From NCBI GenBank assembly GCA_024275415.1, contig JAJRZD010000012.1:30001-62000 (forward strand): a stretch of DNA of 32,000 bases. Direction: 5' to 3'. Positions 25,468 through 32,000 of this stretch are shown here, in pieces; position 1 is the stretch's first letter, and each line of letters opens with the position of its first letter. Origin of the DNA: an archaeon. Its GTDB lineage: Archaea; Asgardarchaeota; Thorarchaeia; Thorarchaeales; Thorarchaeaceae. A model generated the notes under the pieces. It was given only the letters and a program-made list of their open reading frames with translations. It did no database searches and was not told the DNA's origin. The position numbers and the translations under genes were made by a program.

Positions 25468-27510
25468 TTATACCAAGTCAAGGGTGTCGAGTATGAACGC
25501 ATAGATAAAGGCAAAGTCCTTCATGTAGTCGTATCTGCCACTTGCGCTGAAGTGTCCCGTTTCCATCTTGGTCTTGAGCAATAGCAGGTTGTTGTCTGTC
25601 TTCAGAGCACGGAGCTTTGCAGTCCATTTCGCAGGTTCCCAGTACTGCACTCTGGGATCGTTATAGCCGGCTGTGACGAGTATCGCTGGGTAGTCCTTTG
25701 CCTCAACATTATCGTATGGCGAGTATTCAATCATCCAGCTGAACTGTTCTTCGACCTTGGGGTTCCCCCATTCATTGAACTCGAAGGTCGTGAGTGGGAT
25801 CGACTCGTCCAACATGGTGTTTATGACATCGACAAAAGGCACAGAAGCGACGACACATTTGAACAGGTCGGGACGCATATTAGTGACAGCACCCATTAGG
25901 AGACCTCCGGCACTCCCACCATAAATTGCCAGTCTGTTGCTGGACGTGAATTTCTGTTCAATGAGATACTCAGCACAAGCAATGAAGTCTGTGAAGGTAT
26001 TCATCTTCTTCGCCAATTTGCCTTCGTGATACCACGGTTTCCCATATTCGCCGCCACCGCGTATGTGAGCGATGGCAAAAATAATCCCCCTCTCAATCAA
26101 TGATAGGCGCTTGAAGTCGAAATGGGGATCCATCGGGTACCCGTAAGAGCCGTACCCGTAGAGAAGCAAAGGGTTCGAGCCGTCCATCTTCGTCCCACTC
26201 TTGTAGGCAAGAGAGATTGGTATCTTTGTGCCGTCTGGAGCTGTTGCATACCTACGCTCAGTGATGAACTGTGAAGGGTCGTAGTTCTTAATCTCCTCGA
26301 CCTTCTTCAACTCCAGTTCTCGGGTTGCCATATTGTAGTCATAAGTCGTCTGAGGGGTGACGGGCGAGCTGAACACAAATCGATAGATGTCAGACTCGAA
26401 CTCATAATGACCGATGGGACGGATGCCATAGATGTCTTCAGGAAACTTGACATCATGTAGTTCGCCATTCGAGAGGTCGTAGACCATCAGGTTCGCGTAG
26501 CCCCCTTGTCGCTTCTGTATCACGAGGAAGTTTTGGTACGCCTCTACAGAGTTCAGGCGGACATCGGGGTCGTGTGGGATGATCTCATCCCAATGCTCAG
26601 GTGCCACCTTTGAAACGGGGGTTCTCATCAGTTTGAAGTTGATCGCACCGTCCGCGCTTGTCAAGAAATAGAAATACCCGCTGTGGTGGTCAATATTGAA
26701 CTCGATACCCCGAGTCCGCGGAAAGAAGACTTCCAAATCCAGTGAAGGCTCTGACAGGTCGATGTACCTGATCTCATTGGTTTCAGAGCTGGATGCTGAG
26801 ATGGTGATGAAGAGATACTTCTTGTCCTTCGATTTGGACATTCCCAGAAGGAAGGTTGTGTCCTTCTCCTCGTAAATCCTGATGTCATCTGATTGAGAAG
26901 TCCCCAGCCTGTGAAACAATACCGCATAAGGACGGTGGATGTCGTCAAGCTCCGTGTAGAAGATTGCGTCATTGGTGAGGGCCCATTGGATTTGTCCGCC
27001 CACACCTGTTATCGTGTCGAGGGTTTCACCACTCATCAAATCCACAATCCGAGTTTCGTAGGTCTCTCCACCTGTGAAGTCAACAGAATATGCCATCTTT
27101 GATTGGTCAGGACTTATCTTCCATGTGCCAACACTCATGTACTTCCTGCCTTCAGCCAAGGCGTTCTCGTCAAGGACGATCTCCTCCTGCGCGTCAAGAC
27201 TTTTATATTTCCGGCAATGGATACGGTAGTTCTTCCCTTCCTCAGTTCGCGAATAATAGTAGTAATCACCATACCTCATGGGCACAGACTCATCGGTTTC
27301 TTTGATTCGCCCTTTCATCTCTTGGAATAGGAATTCTTGTAGGGTTTCGGTGTGTTTGGTCATTTCCTTAGTGTAGAAGTTCTCGGCTTCTAGGTACTCG
27401 ATGACCGCAGAGGTGTCCTTTTCTCGTAGCCAGTAATAATCATCAGTGAATGTTCGTCCGTGCAGCTCGAATGTACGAGGCTCTTTTTTTGCGATAGGCG
27501 GAGATGTCAT
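25468..27510 (-). CDS. ptrB: Oligopeptidase B (prolyl oligopeptidase family S9A)
   Basis: PPIAKKEP...DDYYWLRE, beta-propeller region, LLYGYGSYG, IAHIRGGGEYG, GGSAGGLL nucleophile, NDPRVQYWEPAKWTAKLR, GHFSASGR. The likely start is ATG 27510. Confidence 0.96.
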   Translation of the reverse strand: MTSPPIAKKEPRTFELHGRTFTDDYYWLREKDTSAVIEYLEAENFYTKEMTKHTETLQEFLFQEMKGRIKETDESVPMRYGDYYYYSRTEEGKNYRIHCRKYKSLDAQEEIVLDENALAEGRKYMSVGTWKISPDQSKMAYSVDFTGGETYETRIVDLMSGETLDTITGVGGQIQWALTNDAIFYTELDDIHRPYAVLFHRLGTSQSDDIRIYEEKDTTFLLGMSKSKDKKYLFITISASSSETNEIRYIDLSEPSLDLEVFFPRTRGIEFNIDHHSGYFYFLTSADGAINFKLMRTPVSKVAPEHWDEIIPHDPDVRLNSVEAYQNFLVIQKRQGGYANLMVYDLSNGELHDVKFPEDIYGIRPIGHYEFESDIYRFVFSSPVTPQTTYDYNMATRELELKKVEEIKNYDPSQFITERRYATAPDGTKIPISLAYKSGTKMDGSNPLLLYGYGSYGYPMDPHFDFKRLSLIERGIIFAIAHIRGGGEYGKPWYHEGKLAKKMNTFTDFIACAEYLIEQKFTSSNRLAIYGGSAGGLLMGAVTNMRPDLFKCVVASVPFVDVINTMLDESIPLTTFEFNEWGNPKVEEQFSWMIEYSPYDNVEAKDYPAILVTAGYNDPRVQYWEPAKWTAKLRALKTDNNLLLLKTKMETGHFSASGRYDYMKDFAFIYAFILDTLDLV

Positions 27511-27622
27511 GGCACCGCAATTGTCCAACTAGAAAGATAAACGTTCTTCAAAAGGAGAAACAGGCTATACTATCCACTCTCAGGCTATCAGAGAGATAAA
27601 ATAGTGCAAGGGGAAGATATAA

Positions 27623-30268
27623 TTGGCTTCCCTCAAGCCAGAATACAACAAGGTGTTTTTTATGCTCAGTAAAACGCGCGCCATAATGATATTTGGAATT
27701 ATCATATTCCTTCTTGGCTCTACAATCTCCGTCAATTTGACAGACAATGCCAAGACAAATCAAACTCAGGACAGCATGGATGGTTCCACGTCGGATGAGT
27801 TCTCTGCTTCATCGGTCAATTTGCAGACTGACTCTTGGAAAATGAACCATCTTCCAAATGGGGATTTTGAGGGGTGGACAAATCCACATAACCCACAGTA
27901 TTTTACTACCACACGAACCACTGAAAGATATGTGTGGTACGCATCGTCGCCGTATCCTGTCAACGAGTCCAGTAGGTCTCTAGGGATGCAGGTACGCGCT
28001 GTAGACAATGCCTATCCTTCCGAAGCACGGTTATCGCCACAGAATCAGGTATTCTGGAATAACCCCACGAATCTCACGATGAGATTTGACTACTTTTTGG
28101 ATGCTTTCATGAACCCATCTACAAACAGCTATTTCAAGCTTGAAATCACAGTTAAAGCGCTTTCCAACATCCGGCTGACATATTATCTGGCTGGAAATAC
28201 GACCCTCTCGAACTCTACATACTACGGATATTATGTCCTAGACAGTCCACTATCACAATGGAATCGTTTTGATAGGAACGTCACTCAAGACTTGATTGCT
28301 GCGACTGGAAATACTCCTACTCAATTCAATACGTTCTATTTCTATCTTAAGACTAACGAGAGTTCCTATCAAAGAACATTCATTGATGACTTTTATCTGG
28401 TGAATGGCACAGTACGGATTGGAGGAAGCGTGAACAATGGCAATTTTGAAACCTCAGGGACATGGTATTGGCTGACAAACAATGATCCAGGGGATATCGT
28501 TCAGACTTCGGATCGCCAGAACGGTGATTGGGCAGCTAACATGACCGTGGTATCACGAGGGAACATTAGTAAAGCAACAATCTCCCAGCGAGCAGGTGTA
28601 AGACTTGCAGACCAGAACCCTGACCGTTTCATGTTCTATTGGAAGATTGATCAGTGGATTAATCCCAATCAGTACTCATATGCTTACTTGTCTGTGGAAA
28701 TGGAAAATCAAACAAGTTCATTCTATCTATACTATTGGTTTGCATACGCAGGGACACCGGCTCCATTCTCATACAGTGGCTACAACCATGTCCAAGTAGA
28801 TGGCTTCAACACTACGGGTTCTTGGAACCTGTTCGACCGCAGCATATGGGAAGATATAACGTCGTTCAACTCGACTTCAGAGGTCTTTGTCAGGGACATC
28901 GAGTTCATCGTTTATGCTGACAGATATCCAAGCACGGTCAGTCTCTTTGTTGATGACTTGAAGGTTGAGGCTGCTATTCTGAACGACATGAGCTACGAAG
29001 ATCAAGGAGATGTTGGAGATTATGTCCGTTCTTGGGGATCATGGAATATCGAAACAGCAAACGAATTCAGAGTTACAGACTTCGCATATACCGGCTCTAA
29101 GGCTGCAAACCTGACAATGACACCCTCAACCTATGTAGGTTTTTATCGGAATCTGAAAGCCATGCCCTTCAACGCATCGACTGAGGTTATCCTAGACTTC
29201 AATTGGTACTTAGACGAATTTACATCTACTGGGAACGACTACATCGAGTTCTATTTTTACTTTGGAACCGATGTAGGAATTCATTACTTGATTGCTGCTG
29301 GGCCTGGTGCGTCGGTGTCCAACACATCTACTGAGAAGTATATCTATATTGAAGGCGCCAATATGACGGGGGCATGGCGCAACGCAGAACTGGATCTCGC
29401 GGCGGATTACTTGGCCCTATTTGGGACTGTGCCTGATACCACTATTAGCGACATTTCTCTGATTGCCGAGGGGGATGCTGGTGGCCGATTGGAACTCATT
29501 CTTGATGACCTGTACCTTGTTGAAGGGACATGGCCCAGAGTGTCTGGTCTGACTCAATTACCAGCACTGCCAGAAACAGGGATGGATGTCAACATTTCTG
29601 TATCAACATACGATAAGAATCTAGATTCTGTTCTCTTGCGGTATCGGGTCGATGGCAGTTCGTGGAATTCTCTCCCGATGAGCAAGGAGGGTGCGTCCAT
29701 ATTCACCGCTACTATTCCCGGGCAAGACTGGGCGTCATTGGTAGAATACTACATCTATGCGAATGACACCTACGGACATGAAACTCTAGGAATGTCTGGC
29801 TCGGAGTACTACTCGTTTACCGTGCAGGATACGATAGCTCCGACAATGCAGGTTCAAGGTCTTACCAATGAGTCGACAGTTGGCGGAGTGGTAGACATGA
29901 CCGTTATACCAGACGATAACAGTTCAGGCATCCAACGAGTCGAGATATCTGTTGATGGAACCACTGTATCGAATGATACCACATCGCCTTACGAATACAG
30001 CTGGGACACGGTTTCTGAAGATAATGGACAGCATGTCATCGTGATAAAGGCTGTCGATAATGCTGGGAACACGTACGAGATGAAGTACATTGTCACAGTG
30101 TATAACGCTGAGACCTCAACACCAACCACACCGACTACCTCAACGAATACACCAGAGCCTCCTGGTTCACCGGACATGCTACTGATCGTTGTGATTGGAA
30201 TCGCAGTTGTTGCTGGCGTGGTCGTCATTCTCTTCGTTCTCTTGCGACAACGAACCTTGAGCCATTAG
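27623..30268 (+). CDS. Large cell-surface glycoprotein: three CBM/galactose-binding-like jelly-roll repeats, two Ig-like domains, S/T/P linker and C-terminal TM anchor
   Basis: Repeat starts NGDFEG, NGNFET, DMSYED. Repeat ends FIDDFYL, FVDDLKV, ILDDLYL. DTIAP...YEYSWDT...AVDNAGN is bacterial Ig-like. Many N-x-S/T sequons. Confidence 0.8.
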   Translation: MASLKPEYNKVFFMLSKTRAIMIFGIIIFLLGSTISVNLTDNAKTNQTQDSMDGSTSDEFSASSVNLQTDSWKMNHLPNGDFEGWTNPHNPQYFTTTRTTERYVWYASSPYPVNESSRSLGMQVRAVDNAYPSEARLSPQNQVFWNNPTNLTMRFDYFLDAFMNPSTNSYFKLEITVKALSNIRLTYYLAGNTTLSNSTYYGYYVLDSPLSQWNRFDRNVTQDLIAATGNTPTQFNTFYFYLKTNESSYQRTFIDDFYLVNGTVRIGGSVNNGNFETSGTWYWLTNNDPGDIVQTSDRQNGDWAANMTVVSRGNISKATISQRAGVRLADQNPDRFMFYWKIDQWINPNQYSYAYLSVEMENQTSSFYLYYWFAYAGTPAPFSYSGYNHVQVDGFNTTGSWNLFDRSIWEDITSFNSTSEVFVRDIEFIVYADRYPSTVSLFVDDLKVEAAILNDMSYEDQGDVGDYVRSWGSWNIETANEFRVTDFAYTGSKAANLTMTPSTYVGFYRNLKAMPFNASTEVILDFNWYLDEFTSTGNDYIEFYFYFGTDVGIHYLIAAGPGASVSNTSTEKYIYIEGANMTGAWRNAELDLAADYLALFGTVPDTTISDISLIAEGDAGGRLELILDDLYLVEGTWPRVSGLTQLPALPETGMDVNISVSTYDKNLDSVLLRYRVDGSSWNSLPMSKEGASIFTATIPGQDWASLVEYYIYANDTYGHETLGMSGSEYYSFTVQDTIAPTMQVQGLTNESTVGGVVDMTVIPDDNSSGIQRVEISVDGTTVSNDTTSPYEYSWDTVSEDNGQHVIVIKAVDNAGNTYEMKYIVTVYNAETSTPTTPTTSTNTPEPPGSPDMLLIVVIGIAVVAGVVVILFVLLRQRTLSH

Positions 30269-30339
30269 ATTCGCAGAAGGATTCAAGTCCCTCACCGTTC
30301 TATTGAGGGCTGAGTCCTCCTTTCCTTTTTTGCTAATAC

Positions 30340-31440
30340 TCATGGCAGCACAGAAGACGATATCGAAACGTCATGTAACATGAGGAGATCCACCATCACG
30401 AAAGCCGTCAAATTCTCGACGACCGGGACAGCGCGAGGGACGATACACGGATCATGTCGTCCAGTTACCCTCAACTCTGTTGTTTTTATTTCCGCCAAGT
30501 CAATAGTTGTTTGAGGCTTAGATATGCTTGGAGTGGGTTTGAAGGCGGCTCTGAACACGATTGGAGCCCCAGTGCTCAACCCACCTAGGATACCGCCTGC
30601 GTTATTGCTCCTCCAAACGAGTCCATTGGATGTGTATTCCACCTGGTCATTGTGGTCAGACCCGTTCATAGAAGCAGCCTTGAACCCAGCCCCGAACTCG
30701 ATGCCCTTCACACCGGGGATACTGAACATAGCGTGGCTTATACGACTCTCGATGGAATCAAACAACGGCTCACCTACTCCTATAGGGAGATTCAGTACAC
30801 GACACTCGACTATACCACCAACCGAATCACCTTCACTTCGCGCCCGAAGGATCTCCTCTTCCATAAGTCGAGATACATTGGTATCAATGCATCCAGTGGA
30901 GTTGGAATGCTTGCATCGAGCAAGCTCGTCGTCGGTAGGGTTCTGCTCCAAAGCGATATTTCCAACTTGGACTGTATGAGCTAGGACACTAATGTTCCGT
31001 ATAGAAAGGATTTGCTTTGCGACTGCCCCTGCCAACACGTACACTGCGGTCATGCGTCCAGAGAAGAATCCGCCACCCCGATAGTCGTTGAATCCATTGT
31101 ATTTGTAGAATGCGGTGAAGTCTGCATGTCCGGGTCGCGGAGTGTTTTTCATACGCTCATATGCATCCGACTGAGAATCCCTGTTCTGAATCACCATCAT
31201 AATCGGCCCTCCAGTGGTGACTCCATCAACGACACCTGTTTTCACATCGAACTGGTCTGTTTCATCCCGTGAGGAACTTGTGTGATACAGTCCGGGTCTT
31301 CGCCGTGCAAGCTCGTCCTCGATTATCTTGTAGTCCAGTTCGAGACCTGCTGGACAGCCCTCGATGCTGACCCCGATACACTCTCCATGACTTTCCCCAA
31401 ACACATGAATCTTGAAGTGTCTACCCATGCTAAAGGTCAT
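30340..31440 (-). CDS. aroC: Chorismate synthase
   Basis: FGESHG, RRPG, PRPGHAD, RGGGFFSGRMTA, GDSVGG, SNNAGGILGGLS, FKPTPSI, GRHDPCIVPRA. Confidence 0.98.
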   Translation of the reverse strand: MTFSMGRHFKIHVFGESHGECIGVSIEGCPAGLELDYKIIEDELARRRPGLYHTSSSRDETDQFDVKTGVVDGVTTGGPIMMVIQNRDSQSDAYERMKNTPRPGHADFTAFYKYNGFNDYRGGGFFSGRMTAVYVLAGAVAKQILSIRNISVLAHTVQVGNIALEQNPTDDELARCKHSNSTGCIDTNVSRLMEEEILRARSEGDSVGGIVECRVLNLPIGVGEPLFDSIESRISHAMFSIPGVKGIEFGAGFKAASMNGSDHNDQVEYTSNGLVWRSNNAGGILGGLSTGAPIVFRAAFKPTPSISKPQTTIDLAEIKTTELRVTGRHDPCIVPRAVPVVENLTAFVMVDLLMLHDVSISSSVLP

Positions 31441-32000
31441 GACGCATATCCACTCCTCTGGATTAGGGTCGCACGAGCGCCCAGGGTCAGCATATCACGC
31501 ATGAAACTCGGATAGCTTTTTGTGCTACACTCGAAGCAGTCTATGGTGGTGGTGCCCTCAGCAACAGTACCAGCAACGAATGCAGCCATAGCAATCCGGT
31601 GGTCATTATGGGGATTCACACTGGCACCATGCAGTCGTGTGGGTCCCTCAATCCGTAACGAGTCCTGCTCGTGTGCGATATCAACATTCATCTTAGACAG
31701 TTCGCTGATCGTGGTCTGGATCCTATCGCTCTCTTTCAACTTGAGCCTGCGGACGTTCTTCAAGACCGTAGTGCCATCAGCCTGAGATGCCACGACTGCG
31801 AGGATCGGGACGAGGTCTGGAATATCGCTGACATCGACCGTGATTCCTTGCAGGGGACGTTTCCTCACAATGACTCCTTTCTGATAACATTCAACGGATG
31901 CACCCATCTCTCTGAGAAGCCTCACAAACTTGGAGTCGCCTTGTACCGAAGCCTCGTGCAGTCCGATGACCCCGACACTCCCTGTAAGGGCACCAAACGC
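31437..32000 (-). CDS. aroA: 3-phosphoshikimate 1-carboxyvinyltransferase (EPSP synthase), 5' part outside the window
   Basis: The frame is open to the window edge (AFGALTGSVGVIGLHEASVQGDSKFVRLLREMGA). Motifs DIPDLVP, LKLKESDRI, HNDHRIAMA, KSYPSF. ATGA overlap with aroC. Confidence 0.96.
   Translation of the reverse strand, partial: AFGALTGSVGVIGLHEASVQGDSKFVRLLREMGASVECYQKGVIVRKRPLQGITVDVSDIPDLVPILAVVASQADGTTVLKNVRRLKLKESDRIQTTISELSKMNVDIAHEQDSLRIEGPTRLHGASVNPHNDHRIAMAAFVAGTVAEGTTTIDCFECSTKSYPSFMRDMLTLGARATLIQRSGYAS

Noticed and set aside
1-32000. tRNA, rRNA or other structured ncRNA genes
   Set aside because: Intergenic gaps are short and no cloverleaf, T-loop or rRNA-like sequence was recognised by eye. 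A tRNAscan-SE or Infernal run would be needed to exclude them formally.

Overview
A 32-kb, gene-dense archaeal chromosomal segment, most likely from an Asgard archaeon (Thorarchaeia-like). This is inferred from a Rab-like GTPase, a longin-like protein, an LRR protein, a PCI-like wHTH membrane protein and Thr-linker/TM-anchored surface proteins. About 30 genes are supported: two GNATs (the first, 1-1497 on the minus strand, is absent from the ORF track because it runs off the window), a molybdopterin oxidoreductase, an ArsB/NhaD permease, a PAS histidine kinase, a PduO-type adenosyltransferase, a TauE permease, a HEPN-MNT toxin-antitoxin pair, an MFS/GPH transporter, a PadR-TRASH regulator, a YcaQ-like glycosylase, an S8 protease, oligopeptidase B, a multi-CBM surface protein, and aroC plus a partial aroA. 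No rRNA, tRNA, cas gene, transposase or integrase was seen. Four observations stand out. (1) An exact 37-bp repeat / 37-bp unique spacer / 37-bp repeat at 5171-5281 ends in the CRISPR-like motif TTGAAAG and splits one gene; it looks like an off-target spacer integration. (2) The gene it splits reconstructs to a two-TM protein with a ubiquitin-like domain. (3) A 2x[4Fe-4S] ferredoxin is inserted inside the C-terminal domain of the molybdopterin enzyme. (4) An M29 aminopeptidase has intact metal ligands but two in-frame TAA codons. All family calls come from motif recognition by eye, without database searches.
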